A DNA stretch of 64,000 bases from Octopus sinensis (lineage: Eukaryota). A program made the position numbers and the translations under genes. Under the pieces are notes generated by a model. That model ran no database searches. It worked only from the letters and a program-made list of their open reading frames with translations, and was not told the DNA's origin. Location of the stretch: NCBI RefSeq assembly GCF_006345805.1, contig NC_042999.1, positions 65,782,001-65,846,000 of the forward strand, read 5' to 3'. How positions within the stretch are numbered: position 1 is the first letter of the stretch; each line of letters starts with the position of its first letter. Positions 1-14,925 of this stretch are shown here, in pieces.

Positions 1-174
1 TTAGACATATAGATTTGTAGATAAAGATATAACTACGTACGAGATTTCATTCATTGATAAATGGAAAAACTGATATATAAAGAAGTCGACAAAAATATGC
101 TTATGAACATGTGTGTATAAATGTGGGCCTAATGTAAATCTATCTAGCTATCTCTCTCTCTCTATATATATATA

Positions 175-230
175 TGGAGCACCGCTTTATATATATATGC
201 ATATACATATATATATAAAGCGGTGCTCCA
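175..230. repeat. Near-perfect short palindrome (fold-back) at a SINE end
   Basis: tggagcaccgctttatatatatatg (175-199) is the reverse complement of catatatatataaagcggtgctcca (206-230). Confidence 0.9.
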
Positions 231-512
231 TCGGTTACGACGTAGAGGGTGAGTACCAGTTGATGCGATCAGTGGAATAGCCTGCTCGTAAAATGAATGT
301 GCAATTGGCTCAGTACTCCACAAACACGTTTACTCTTAATGTAGTTCTCGGAACGATTCAGTGCGACACAGAATGTGAGGAGGCTGGCCTTTTGAAATAG
401 ATGTACTACACATTTTTAGCAGCTGAGTGGACTGGAGCAACGAAAAATAAAACGTCTTGCCCAAGGAATTGAACTCATGATCTTACGATCGTGTTCCGGA
501 TAACCTTACTAA
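218..512 (-). mobile_element. tRNA-derived SINE (family D)
   Basis: B-box-like head on the minus strand (plus strand ggaattgaactcatgatc). Body tactccacaaacacgtttactcttaatgtagttctcg...gtgcgacacagaatgtgaggaggctggcc is recalled as a cephalopod SINE core. Confidence 0.6.
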
Positions 513-518
513 CTAATA

Positions 519-578
<60 letters not shown>

Positions 579-583
579 GTTTA

Positions 584-980
584 TACTCTTTTATTCTATG
601 ACTTCCTTCAGTATCAGTATTTTTGACTACGGCCATGCTGGAGCACCGCTTTAATGTTTTCTTCGAACAAATCCACCTCACAGTTTATCATTTTAATATT
701 TTAATGCTAGTATTTTTCTCTTGGGCTCTTCTGCCGAACCGCTAGGTTATGAGGTACGTAAACGCACCGACACCGTTTGTCAAACTGTGATGGGGGACAA
801 ACACAGACATAAAGACACTCACACACACAGTCATATACATCTATATATGTACGACATGTTTCTTTCAGTTTCTGTCTAACTAATCCAATTTGGACTATAG
901 TCATGACTATAGTAGAAGGTTTGCACAAGGTGCCACTCTGTGGGATGAACACAAAACCATGTTGGTGGAAAGTACACATA
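584..980 (-). mobile_element. SINE family A, diverged copy
   Basis: Reverse-complement match to the copies at 7056-7467 and 30032-30500 (ggccatgctggagcaccgc; ctgccgaaccgctaggttatgagg; ggggacaaacacagac). Confidence 0.8.
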
Positions 981-996
981 GATAGGGGAAAGGTAA

Positions 997-1037
<41 letters not shown>

Positions 1038-1680
1038 CATACATACAGAGAGAGATAGTGAGAGAGAGAAGGGAGGCAATTTTCCTCCGACGCTAAAATA
1101 GTCAGAAGTGTTATTTCTGTTTTTTTAAGATTGAATCTCGCAGAAAGAACTCAATAACCAGAAGGTGGTATTAAATTTTTCAGCAAACCATGTCATTTTT
1201 CTCTTCCAAAAAATAGGAATTCTTCTCTAGTGCATTTGAACAGTTCCCTCCTTCCAAATTATATACAGATGGCATTTGTCTACTGAAGGTATACTGGAAC
1301 ACAGTTGCCAAAAAATCCATCCTTTTGAATGGTACACAAAAATGTAATTTTGAAGCGGAAATTTTAGCGATAACAACAATACTAGCGTTTATGTAGTGTT
1401 TCAGAGCAAACTTGATGTCAGCACAGTCTCGTACTTCTTATATCCTGATGTTCATGTAACTAGCATAAAAATAATGTCGGTTAATGCTATATTTTAGAGG
1501 ATTTCATTCATCACAAATTCAAATTAAACTTATGTTGCTTCTTATCCTTAAGACGTAAATTTTAAATTACAGACCACTGTATACCCACAACTGCAGCATT
1601 GAAAATACATCGACGGAAGCTCAAAAGCAGTTTTCATTTTCTGCAGTTTACAATATAGATTATTAACAAGTTTATTTTGC

Positions 1681-1760
1681 AGCAGGGAGCAGGATAGAAG
1701 GAACAGGGAGCAAGAAACAGGGAGCAAGAAACAGGGAGCAAAGAGCAGGAAACAGGGGTC
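1681..1760 (+). repeat. 14-bp minisatellite (aaacagggagcaag), about 3 copies plus degenerate units
   Basis: Direct tandem repeats read from the sequence. Confidence 0.8.
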
Positions 1761-2814
1761 AAAATCGATTAAGATTTTGTATTTTAACAATTCCAGAATG
1801 AGGTAAACTGAATGGGTCACACATCCAACAAGATATCGTGTCATTATTACTCACTTTTCAAATCGTTCTAGGCAGAAATCTAGCTGTTTGAGGAAATTTT
1901 TGCCTATTATTCTCCCAAGTTGGTGAAAATAAATACCAATCAGATAGTGGTGCCGTTATATTCAGTGATATTATCCACTGAAATGCGTTACTCAGTGCAT
2001 ATGTGAGAATCATTAATTTTATTTGTCAATGTTTACTACTCTTAATCTCTCTCCCCCCCTTCTCTCTCTCTCTTCTCTCTCATTCTCTTTTCGCTCATAA
2101 CCACCAGAGGCAATCATCTCAAACGATTTTATTACTTGAGAGAAGAATCAATAAAGATTTTCAATTTTCGATATTATTTGTACTTGAGAATTTTAATAAT
2201 AGCCTTATCCATTTCCGAATCACAATTAACAACTTGGTTGGTTACTTTGTACACTAACGAATATGTTATTCGTTAAGTTTTGAGATAGCCCTCGCTAACT
2301 AGATTTTCTTTTAAATATTTTCATTTGTGGGTGCGGGGTGGGTGTCTTGTTTATGTGGAAGGAGTAGTTTCTGTGTGTTTCAGATAAAATATTTTGGTGA
2401 TTTTTGACACAAGTTAAATTTGAAATAATGAATAAATGAAGTTTAAGAGCGAAAACGAAGACTAATCAGATATGGCGGAGGAACAACAATACAGCCAACT
2501 ATGCTTATATAGCAAACGTACACACATATATATCCTGTTTTACACGCATTCACATACCAATACATACATACATAGCAATACATACATACATAGCAATACA
2601 TACATACATACATATAAATATATATATAGTAATCAAAGGGATGTGAGTTCAAGTCTCATAGCTGGTTGCTGACACATCTTTCCGCTTCGTATCGATATTT
2701 TATTCTGTCTCTGCTGTTCTATCAGCATTTGTGCGTTTGAAAATAAAGTATTATTATTTGTATCCCTCAATACACATTTCAGTTTTCCAAGGCAAACATT
2801 GATTCGTTTAGATA

Positions 2815-3123
2815 TCACGTGATCAAGTGACCGACCAGGCTATCAGATGTTGTTACACGTCGCTGGTCACAATGCGCTTCGCATTGTTTTAGCCTTCAAA
2901 TGACGCCACCCCGCTGGCTAAGCGAGCAGGCCAAGACAAGAAGGAGTGAGAGAAAGTTGCGGCGAAAGAGTACAGCAGGGATCGCCACCATCCCCTGCCG
3001 GGGCCTTGTGGGGCTTTAGGTGATTTCGCTCAATAAAAACTCACAACACCCGGTCTGGGAATCGAAACCGCGATCGTAAGACCGCGAGTCCGCTGCCCTA
3101 ACCACTGGGCCATTGCGCCTCCA
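2815..3123 (-). mobile_element. tRNA-derived SINE family B
   Basis: Reverse complement of the copies at 10267 and 46127. Head ggaggcgcaatggcccagtggttagggcagcggactcgcgg...ggtttcgattcc has A- and B-boxes; tail ends in tcacgtgat. Confidence 0.88.
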
Positions 3124-3147
3124 CTCGTTTAGATATAGATATATATA

Positions 3148-3183
<36 letters not shown>

Positions 3184-3206
3184 CATACATACATATATAT
3201 ATATAT

Positions 3207-3603
<397 letters not shown>

Positions 3604-3808
3604 TATATATATATATATATTATATAAAAGGGGTTAGTAAAATAAATTACTTCGCCGCATACTGAACTCATTAGAAATAGCAGCTAAAAAAACTTTTTTA
3701 AAACTATTTCTAATACTTAAAGAAAACCTCTCTCATATAGTGTTTGCTCAATTCAACTCACGAAAGTATGGGGGTAGAGACATTAAAAAATCAAATGCAA
3801 AGGTTATT

Positions 3809-3861
3809 TGAGAACGTACGTTTCAAGATTAGTCACACTCGACATTTCTATCATCAGCTCA
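3809..3861 (-). ncRNA. Minimal type-I hammerhead motif (copy of 4485-4537)
   Basis: Reverse complement of 4485-4537. Confidence 0.55.
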
Positions 3862-4484
3862 GAACTCCCTGGTTTGGATTTGAAAACACTGAAAGTGGGA
3901 GCATACCCTTTCGGCTTCTTATCGCTTCTGAAGATCTGCTCGGAACTACAGTGCCAACAAAATCAAAAATGCAAGCGAAGAATTTCTGCTCTCCCCTTTC
4001 CACCAGCGTGGGTTAAAATCAGTAAACACTATGCTTTTTTCGGTAAAATCCGAGGCATTATATAGAGAGAGATGAATTATAATTTCAACAATTGAGGGTA
4101 AAATTAATTAATTATCAATTCACCAAGTATTCAGTATGCAAAGGGACCATTTAGGCGAATTCAAATTATTACATTATATAAAAGGGCTTAGTAAAATAAA
4201 TTACTTTGCCGCATACTGAACTCATTAGAAATAGCAGCTAAAAAAAACTTTTTTAAAAACTATTTCTAATACTTAAAGAAAACCTCTCTCATATAGTGTT
4301 TGCTCAAAAAGCATAGTGTTTACTGATTTTAACCCACGCTGGTGGAAAGGGGAGAGCAGAAATTCTTCGCTTGCATTTTTGAGTTTGTTGGCACTGTTAG
4401 TTCCGAGCAGATCTTCAGAAGCGATAAGAAGCCGAAAGGGTATGCTCCCACTTTCAGTGTTTTCAAATCCAAACCAGGGAGTTC

Positions 4485-4537
4485 TGAGCTGATGATAGAA
4501 ATGTCGAGTGTGACTAATCTTGAAACGTACGTTCTCA
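4485..4537 (+). ncRNA. Minimal type-I hammerhead motif
   Basis: TGAG-CTGATGA-t[aga..gtc gagtgt gac..tct]t-GAAA-CGTACG-TT-CTCA. Stem I TGAG/CTCA; palindromic stem III; T.T mismatch closing stem II. Confidence 0.55.
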
Positions 4538-4818
4538 AATAACCTTTGCATTTGATTTTTTAATGTCTCTACCCCCATACTTTCGTGAGTTGAATTGAGC
4601 AAACACTATATGAGAGAGGTTTTCTTTAAGTATTAGAAATATTTTTAAAAAAGTTTTTTTTAGCTGCTATTTCTAATGAGTTCAGTATGCGGCAAAGTAA
4701 TTTATTTTACTAAGCCCTTTTATATAATGTAATAATTTGAATTCGCCTTAAATGGTCCCTTTGCATACTGAATACTTGGTGAAATTGATTAATTAATTAA
4801 TTTTACCCTCAATTGTTG

Positions 4819-4921
<103 letters not shown>

Positions 4922-4923
4922 AT

Positions 4924-5225
4924 TAAACACATAAGAGATAACTATGATAGGACATCTGACTCACTAGAAACAGCAGTTAAACTCCAAACCGCTAATAGTT
5001 GTAATTCTGAAATGGAAAGAGAAATAAAAAAAAATATTTGTCTTTCCATTTCAGAATTACAACTATTAGTGGTTTGGAGTTTAACTGCTCTTTCTAGTGA
5101 GTCAGATGTCCTATTATGGCCATCTCTTATGTGTTTAAATGTATATTATATAGTCTATTGGCTATTTTTCCTTCTCGCTAGACCACTGGTAGCAGAGAAT
5201 ATTTTTGCTACCCTAAAATTTATTC
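4924..5225. mobile_element. Fold-back repeat fragment (arms of about 97 bp)
   Basis: 4924-5020 is the reverse complement of 5041-5137 with a few mismatches and a 20-nt loop. The plus arm continues to a gctagaccactggt...taccct terminus next to (TA)n. Confidence 0.85.
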
Positions 5226-5254
5226 ATATATATATATACATATATATAATTTAA

Positions 5255-5700
5255 ATGAAGCCTCATTAAGTGTGTTGGAAAGTGGGCACCCTCTACACGT
5301 CTTGCCATTCACGACTTTTGTCCGGCTTATCGTCAATGAACGACTGCATTATTCTTTTGACGTAAAATTTCTAATGGTAGTGCTTCAAAATGTAATGGAC
5401 TCTTGAATTTGATATTTCTGTCGCACGACCGGTTTGACTCAGATTTTCTTGAAATCTGGCATTATGTTTCGCGTACACTTTCTTGCTTTGTGGTGTTCGT
5501 CGATGTCCACGCTTTTCAGAAACGATTCTTAGGGACATTCTCAACAGCTTCATCTGTTTCAAACTTATCTCTAATTCGACTGGTGGTATGTTGCGTAGGG
5601 GAATTTGCTTGAAACTCCCCCTTAAACTGCTATTCCATTTAGACTACGCTTTGAAGGTTAATGTGGCATTTTAAGATTAATTCCCCCTGTTTAGATCTTA
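5255..5700 (-). pseudogene. Degenerate N-terminal HTH of an IS630-Tc1-mariner-type transposase
   Basis: Minus-strand frames give RIRDKFETDEAVENVPKNR and ...RATEISNSRVHYILK, resembling the R..KFE.TG.V...RSGRP and S..SV..ILK HTH patterns. Frameshifted. Confidence 0.5.
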
Positions 5701-7055
5701 GTTTGGCTCTCTTCCTTATTTCTAGTGAGTTGAATTGTTAAATACTGTATACATTAATAGGAAAACATGCATAAACTGTACACACACACACAAGCGCGTG
5801 GACGCACACTCATACACACACAAATAGATAAAGTCTTGTACAATGGTATATATGTGTGTGCTTCGTGTATACATTATATGTGTGTTTATACTTATATAAT
5901 ATGTATGCATAGGCTCCGTTTTTCGCCTGGTTTAGGCTTCCTGCAATCATGAGTTTCTGATGTGAATCCGGTATGTGGCATAATTATTAAACATCTTCTA
6001 TTACAGCCTCATTTCAACCAAGGTGTAAAGGTGAAATCGGGAAACAGATGAGAAAGCAGTCAGATGAATTCTCCACGTCAAATGTCCACGTTCGTCACTC
6101 ACATGTAATACATGTGAAACGGGCGTGTATCTGCTTAAGCACAGATGCTCCGAATGAGTAAGACGTTTGCTTTGTAACCACGGGATCTCGAATTTGATTC
6201 TTACCACGAAGTCTCCTGCTGCTTATGTTGACGTATAATTTGTGAGTGACAATACAATGAGTAAACGAAAACTGTAGAGAATCCCGTTATTGATGTATTA
6301 TATTTATAACTCAAGAAATTGCGTCATACAGTGTGGCATTGATTCTCACTGAGAAAAGTACACGTAGACTGTGGAATATTCAGACACTTACACGTTAATT
6401 ATATGAACAAGTAATTCAGAAATACAAAATACCAGAATGCTTATCGCTGAACGACGGAGATCCAACACAGTCACAGGTATCTGTGAATTAATCAACAAAA
6501 GTCTAAAACTAATTTACTGAGTAGATCATTAGGTAGGCCCCTCTCCAAACTTTACCTCCATACCTCTTTCTCAGCGGGAGAGTCATTTGTCAATTATGAA
6601 AACGTTTGAATGAAAATAGAAGCATTGTCTAATTGAATGTGTACTCTTATACGATAACAACAATGTTTAGACGTTGATCTTGTGTTATACAGGCAGGATG
6701 TACAAATTTCAATGCATTATACACAGGCGCACGGCAGGTGAAGCTTGGCAATACAATTTATTTCAAAGCAGTGACATATTTAATCAATGAGAGAGTATAA
6801 CAATTCAGTAAGAGGTCGGTGCTATGATTTATATCAATTTAAATTAATCGAGCGCAAAGGGAAAAATATTTTTATCAGTTTCCAGGCACAAAATTCACTC
6901 GCGAGGCATTCATTCGCCCGGGGCTAAAGAAGAAGACACTTGCCTAACATGCTGTACATTGGAGCTGATACCGAAATTACGTGGCTGCAAACCGATTTTC
7001 TTAAGAGATACAGCCATTCCTGTACATTTGGAACAATTCCTTAAAATTATTTCAC

Positions 7056-7467
7056 AGCATAGGAGTGGCTAAGTGGTAAGTAGCTTGCTGACCAGCCACA
7101 TGGTACCGGGTTCAGTCCCACTGCGTGGCACCTTGGGCAAGTGTCTTCTACTATAGCCTCGGTCCAACCAAAGCCTTGTCAGTGGATTTGGTAGACGGAA
7201 ACTGAAAGAATCCCGTCGCATGTATGTATATATATGTGTGTGTATAAGTTTGTGTGTCTGTGTTTGTCCCCCCAACATCACTTGACAACCGATGCTGGTG
7301 TGTTTACGTCCCCGTAACATAGCGGTTCGGCAAAAGAAACCGATAGAATACGTACTAGGCTTACAGAGAATAAGTCCTGGGGTCGATTTCCCCCGGCTAA
7401 AGGCGGTGCTCCAGCAAGGCCACACTCAAATGACTGAAACAAGTCAAAGAGTAAAAGAGTAAAAGAG
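7056..7467 (+). mobile_element. SINE family A, full length
   Basis: Head ggagtggctaagtggtaag...ccgggttcagtccc, internal (TA/TG)n, body ending gactgaaacaagt(aaaagagt)n. Confidence 0.9.
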
Positions 7468-10266
7468 CATATGAAAGCTTTTGTGTGTGTTTTGGCACGC
7501 TGCACCTTCATTTAACTAAAACGACAGTTTCGCATTTCACATAACTGGCTAATTTATAAATCTTTATTTAACGAGCAGAAAGGTAAACACGTCATTTTAT
7601 GAGCTGCTCAGAAGTAATAATAATTTAAGTGGAACAGGTATGCTTACATTATTCACATTGGGAAAGTAGGTCAAGATACTCAAATACAGGCACAAGAGTA
7701 GATATATACATGCATATGGTTATGCGTATGTGTGCGTGTGTGTGTGTATGTCTGTATATAATGTGTATCTAGAAGAAAGGAGAAAATAATAAATACAATT
7801 ATCTTATGAAGTCCAAAAGGTATTGGTTTGTTTCTTTATCATTTTCTTATTACCGCTCTCTAGGCAACACACATATATATCATTCACACACACACACACA
7901 AACATGTTTATATGCATATATACAAAATATCATATAAATATGTATATGTATATATATATGTATATGTATGTGTGTATATATATATATGTGTGTGTATGTG
8001 TGTGTGTCTATATACGCACATATATATATATACGCATATATGAGTGTGCGTGTGTGTGTATAAGCACATATGTACATGTACACACGGACACACACATATG
8101 CAAACACAATCATACACTCGCACACACACGCGCACACAATATTGAGAGCTACATAAAAAAGTGAAAGTAATACGATATAAATGTAGAGAGAAAGAATGCG
8201 AGATTGATAGAGCTTTTGAAAATAGATAGGGATGGAAGGTGAGAGAGAAAATGTGAGAAAGACAGAATGAGAGGATGAGAGAGAGAGAGAGAGAGAGAAA
8301 GAAAGAGAGAGAGAGATGGAGAGAGAGAGAGACCAATGGAGTTAGAGGGATTAAGAACGTGTAAAGAGTGAAAAATAAATTAAAATGATGTGAGAATGCA
8401 GTCTGAAGTATACAAATTCGATAAATGCTCTGATAATGGTAATGAAGAAATAAACTAGGCGACTAATTTCTGAAGTGTTTCTATTAAAATATAAAATGAT
8501 TGAATGTTAATTAAATCGTTAATAAAATGTTCTTTTGAAGATTTTTCACCTAACTTCTAATAAATTCACTTACCACGTATTACACCTACACACACCATAT
8601 GTGCGGACTTAATAAATATATGGATGTATAAATTTATATAAACCTATACATGAGTGTGTGTTTGTGCGTGTTTATATATGAATACACATTCACACACTCA
8701 TATATAGACGCACATTCACGCCCAAGAGATACACACGCGCGCGTGCGCATGCTCATATTACATGTTGTTATATGTATGTTATTTTAGAGTAGAGTAGGAC
8801 GATATAGGTTCACATTTGGGTCTGTTTGCATGTGTGTGTGTGTGTGAGTATGTGTGAAAGAAAGAGTGAGTGTGTATGTGTGTGTATGTGTGTAGCGGAG
8901 TGGCATCATTCAAATGGATACAAAGCGCATTGTGACTAGCGATGTAAAAAAATCCGATCATCTGGTCGATGCCAAGGTACATATATATACACATCATTTA
9001 CATACGTACACACGTACACACACACACACACGCACACACATATATACATCGAGGAGTGAGCGTTTACTTTACATATAATTTAAGACATAAACATCTACAA
9101 ACATACCTCCGTTAATTTGGAGAGAAAGTAAAGGAAGATTAATGACCATAAATAGGTAATTATTAACTTCATTTTATTTCCATCGTGTTCATCAAATATT
9201 TTCCAAAATATTTGATCTTGTCAGAGTTGAAGTAGATGCTGAAATATACTCGGAGTATGAAGATGGAGGTAAAAAATGCAATAGAAAAATTTAAAAATTA
9301 TAGAAAGAATAAAAGAAAATCTCTATAATTCGGTAAGATAAAAAAGTTGGAATTAATCATCAGTTTTTAACTAGTTTCCATAGATATTTATTGATTAAAC
9401 AGATCAATATATCAGTTTTCTTTAGCTTAAGCTTTTAAGAAATATCTTCACACACACACACACATATATATATAACCTATGTATCTTTTTTATAACGCAT
9501 ACATGTATGTGAGCGAATAAGATAAAGTTATATAATATAAATGTGTGTGTGTGTGCGCGCGTGAGTGGAGAGAAAGAGAGAGAAAGGAGAGAGAGAAAGG
9601 GAGCGAGAGAGTGAGAAAATAACTTAGAGAGACAGATAATTAGGGAGGGGTATATGACATTGGTAATTTTTTTATAGCTAGTTATAGCTACTTAACATCT
9701 TCAAATTACTCCATTAACATGTTCCAATATATATACATATATATATAAATCCGTGATTAAATCCTGTAATATAATCATTACGTGGTGTTGTCCGTTGTAC
9801 TAAAGATGCAATGGATATTGCTAGATCACATATGGTCAAAGGTCTGTTACATTTATTTCTGATCTGCAACAAAACAACAACAAATGGAGTTGGGAGAACA
9901 ATAAACTGCCAGACTATATTTTGGTGAAACTATACTTAAGGTGACACGAATAAGGAAATACATGCTATTAAATGATCTAGTTTCATATTCGACCGCGGCA
10001 CCTAGATGTTAAACAGGTTTTTGAACTGGGCCAATACAGGTTTAAGGCTTAGACTTAGATGTGCCACGTGGATTGAATCATCCCACTCATCCTTTGTCAC
10101 GGTGCACCCTAATATTAATCACAAACATAGTAGAGGCTTTTGGAATGAGATGCAAAGTAGCAAAAACTCGCCTTCCCTCTTAATAATCGCGCCTCTCTCT
10201 GACTCACTCTCTCCTTCAATATGTATATATATATGTGTGTATATATATATATTTATGTACGTGTGT

Positions 10267-10566
10267 GGAGGCGCAATAGCCCAGTGGTTAGGGCAGCGGA
10301 CTCGCGGTCGTAGGATCGCGGTTTCGATTTCTAGACCGGGCGTTGTGTGTGTTTATTGAGCGAAAACACCTAAAGCTCCCTGAGGCTCCGGCAGGTGGTT
10401 GTGGCGACCCCTGCTGTACTCTTTCGCCCCAACTTTCTCTCATTCTTTTTTTCTGTTGGCCTGCTCCCTTAGCCAGCGGGGTGGCGTCATTTGAAGGCTA
10501 AAACAATGCGAAGCGTATTGTGACCAGCGATGTGTAGCAACATCTGATAGCCTGGTCGGTCACGTG

Positions 10567-10572
<6 letters not shown>
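10267..10572 (+). mobile_element. SINE family B, full length
   Basis: Same head, body and tail as 2815-3123 and 46127-46424; followed by (TA)n. Confidence 0.9.
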
Positions 10573-10610
<38 letters not shown>

Positions 10611-13600
10611 ATATGCATATATATTCTGTATTCAGTATGCACAAAAAGATTTTAAATTAAACGCCATATAAAAGGAATTACAATAAATAATGAGCTACAA
10701 TACATCTTATGGAAAATATATATAATGCCTGAGCGCGGAAAACAGTATTTGAAAGCTCTTAACTTCGGTTCTTGTCAGCATGAGAAGGATCAATGCATGA
10801 ATTTTTTCGTCTTCTAACAAAATAACATTATTGAAAATATTTCAATGTACAGAACTCATTGTTGGAATGCATGCTTTGTCTTATTAGATAGTTAAAATTG
10901 ATCTTCCACAAGTAGATGGGTGATTTTTAAAATAGCTATAAAATGGAAATGTTTGGTTTTATTTTTACGAAGCCGTATACACATTGTACATGTAAACTCC
11001 ATTATTTGACTAACCGTTGTTAAATATATCATTATAACAAAGGCGAGGAGTCACATTATTTCATGTAAATTATAAACAATATGTCCATTGTTTGATACAT
11101 TCAACACAATAATAACTATGCAACATTTACAATAGAAATTATATAATAAGATATTATAATTCATAGGGGATGATATAGGAATAAATTACTATAAACAAAC
11201 TGTATCCTGGGAAACAGGAATTTCAATCTCTTGAAATACAGAACGTGAGTGTGTATTTGAATATGTTTAACGGTGTAAACTAACTGATGTGCGGATATTT
11301 CCAGTTACGTAGAAGAGTAAAGTAATTATTCGACAAATGCGGTGGAAATAAAGAAAGCGGCAGACGGTATGAATGTTATGGTAGATATGATTTATTAAAA
11401 GTATTGGAGGTGATGCTACAGTATGGTCACGACAGTGGGTCAAACCAATAAAAGAATAAATGTTCAGGAAAAAATATTTTGTTCAGAAAGAAAGTCTTCA
11501 TCGTAAAGTAGCAGAATCTATGAACATATCTCGAGAAGTACCAAGTGAAAATGTAAAATATTGTCGACTGCGTTGACGAGCACATGAACAATTTTCGGAA
11601 AGAATCCTGTGCGGTAATATGACGATGATGTTGGTAGTGGATTTTTATCGCTCGATAAGAGGATTCCGATGTTTGTCTAATTGAATTACCTGCGCCTGCG
11701 GCAACGTTTATGTGGCTAGGCATCCCACATATACGTATGCACTTAACGCAATTCGTAGATGGAATCAGCATGATAGGTTGTTACGTGATAGTCTCTTACC
11801 TTTCGTATTGCAGGTACAATCCCTTCTAAGATCCCTTTATACACATTCGGCATAATTAATGTCATTCACAATGTATCAGCACAAGCTCATTAAAATTAAC
11901 ACATTGAGATCGAACCCGAAGCATACATTTTAATAATTCGGTCATATCGCACCTACAAGATCCGGCATGAATCAGAAGTAAACGAAATTTCTCTGATGAA
12001 TTACTATTTCTTTCCAAGTTGATCTCGGCTCTGCAGACATCAATCGACGCTAAAGAATTTTTCGGAACCGTGTGTTTTCAGGTTCGATTACATTGCACGA
12101 CACAAGTCTCTTCTAGCATAACTTCCAGTCGATCAAACAAATCCACTCTCATGAAATTTAATTGATTTCAACACTCGTCGGACGAAGATTTGTTGGTCTT
12201 GTAGAGTAAATACAGTATATCCTGCAAACAGTTTCATACAATTAAGTAACTGTCAGAGGTTGAGCAGGGCCATACCAGATTTTATTATGACTCTTTTTCC
12301 CTACTCTAAATTTTGCAGGCTTTTTGTCATGTCACATCTTCGTCATTCCTTGTCTTAGGCACAAGAACTCCGTCAATTTTTCGCGTAACCATAATATTTT
12401 ACTCGGAAATTTGTGAAGTTAAATTAAAGAATCTTTTCAACCGTTGTATGTCAACGATTGTAGGAAAGATATGAACAATTGGTGAATTCCATGAGGCCGA
12501 AGTTTTTAGATCGACACTGTATTTCATATTGCGAAGAAGCTATTAATATAATATATTGCTAAATCAACTTAATGTTATTTACACTATAACTCGTTCAATA
12601 TATATGTCAGCCACTATATGTCTCTTTAATTCTCTTTCTCTCTGTCTATCTCTGTTCCCCCTCTCTCCCTCACTTTCTGGTTCTCTGCCTTCTTCTGTCG
12701 ATCTGACGTAGAAGATTATTTTATTTACAACCTTAGCGGGGAACTCCGTTTAATTGCACAGCAGTACTCTTCCAATATAATTTCGTTGACAAGAGAAATT
12801 TTGAGGGTCAACATTCTAGACTGCAGAACTATAGAACAAAAATGATTAATGTGTATATGGTCTCATTTTCAAATTGACGCACACCTAATGTCATATATTG
12901 TAGAGACGTGAGAGCTTGGATTGTATGACCTTCATTCTCATCACACGATCATTAAATGAAGTGCAGCTCTTGTTATGGGAAATTGAAGTGAACGGTACTT
13001 AAAACCATGTAACAGTTGTCTTTTCGCAGAAGAGAAAACTAACATTGCAGTGTTATTTCATTCGTGTCAATTGCTTGACCTCTCTCTAATCTGAATTGGC
13101 AAGTTTTATCCAGTTCACATAGTTATTCGAAATGAAGAAATCTATTCAATAATTAGATTTGCCGCCAGCTGGAATCCAAAGGTGTAGACTATCAAACGCA
13201 TAGTACATCAAAGTGTGGAACTGAGTTGCATCCCGTTAAGGTCTGAGTTCTAATCTCATGTAGAACGTCTCTGCCTTTTAATCTTCTGGTTTCGATAAAA
13301 TAAATTGTCATTCAGTTACTACAGTCCGTATTACTAATTATTCCCGTTCCGAGAATGCTAATGTCATATGTCATAAAACATATATACGCAAAGAAACCGA
13401 ACGGTTAAGAAGATTGCTATACTATCTCGAAAACCTGGGTTCAATACAATCGTATAATATCTGAAAGAAGTGAATGTTTTTAACATAACGTCATGTCGAT
13501 GTAGGCCTTGTTTTTGAAGCTGGATAGAAGGAGACATTGTGGAATCGTGTCGGAAGGATTTTATTAGTATAATAAAGTAAAGATTCAACCTCAACACATT

Positions 13601-13633
13601 TTGTCACACTTATTCGAACTGATGACTACGTTA

Positions 13634-13669
<36 letters not shown>

Positions 13670-13689
13670 TTAATGTTCAACCTAGAAGA

Positions 13690-13705
13690 ATAGATAGATA
13701 GATAT

Positions 13706-13754
<49 letters not shown>

Positions 13755-13872
13755 CAGATAGACAGACAGATAAACAGATAGATGAATGGATAGATGGATG
13801 GATGGATGGATGGAGAGACAGATAAACAAATAGATTGATAGATAACAGATAGAAAGATTGAGAAATAAGAGA

Positions 13873-13904
<32 letters not shown>

Positions 13905-13922
13905 TAGATAGTTAGATACATA
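13690..13922. repeat. Compound (GATA)n/(GACA)n/(GATG)n microsatellite
   Basis: Read directly from the sequence. Confidence 0.95.
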
Positions 13923-14451
13923 GATTCAGTTATTATTTGTGTGATGGTCGGTAGCAATATACTATAGAATTTCTTATAGGTCAATTTCACACACTAATGA
14001 TCCACCCAAGATGTTTCATCTACTTTATGTTCTCGTGAGACAAGTGGTATATTTAAAAAAAATTACTTCACATTCCACGATCTTCAGACGCACATGAAAG
14101 AGTGATTATAAGAAACTCAATCTGCAATTGGAAAGTTCTTATGTTTTCTCAAACTGCGTGGGATTTCCTTTAACTGTGTTGCAACGTAGCAAGTGTTTGA
14201 TAATGTATCTGATTGACGAAGCATTCTGCATGGAATTTGCTGAATGAAACTCAGCCGAAGCCAGTCACACACACGCACAGCCAAACGCCAACCGCACCAA
14301 CCCACCCCTACACCCCACCCACGCACACGCACACTCACAAACACACGCGCACATGTATTCATGTATGTGTGTATGTATGCGCATGCATTTATATCTGTGT
14401 ATGTGTGGGTATGCGTGTATGCGTGTATGCATGTTCAAGAGTTGATTTCGT

Positions 14452-14670
14452 TGTTACTCTTTTACTTGTTTCAGTCAATTGACCGTGACCGTGCTGGAGC
14501 TCTGCGTTTAGTCGAGCAAATCGACCCCAGGACTTATTCTTTGTAAGTCTAGTACTTATTCTATAAGGTGTCTTTCGCGGAACCGCTAAGTTACGGGGAC
14601 GTAAACACACCAGCATCGGTTCTCAAGCGATGTTGGGGGGACAAACACAGACACACAAACATACATACAC

Positions 14671-14761
<91 letters not shown>

Positions 14762-14925
14762 GCATATACACGACTGGCGTCTTTCAGTTTCCGTCTACCA
14801 AATCCACTCACAAGGCTTTAGTCGGCCCGAGGCTATAATAAAAGACACTTGCCCAAGGTACCACGCAGCGAGACTGAACCTGGAGCCATGTGACTGGTAA
14901 GCAAGTTACTTACCACACACCCTCT
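14452..14925 (-). mobile_element. SINE family A with expanded internal (TA)n
   Basis: Reverse complement of the family A head and body. Confidence 0.88.

Noticed and set aside
1080-1500. Possible decayed transposase on the minus strand
   Set aside because: Stops in all frames and no diagnostic motif recognised.
3040-3123. tRNA-like sequences here and at 7056, 10267, 30032, 46127 and 50365
   Set aside because: These are SINE heads with A/B boxes fused to repeat bodies; no complete cloverleaf is evident.
3744-4602. Mirrored 66-109 aa ORFs (MLNSTHESMG..., MRTYVSRL...)
   Set aside because: They recur only because the DNA is duplicated. There is no recognisable domain and the two copies diverge in frame.
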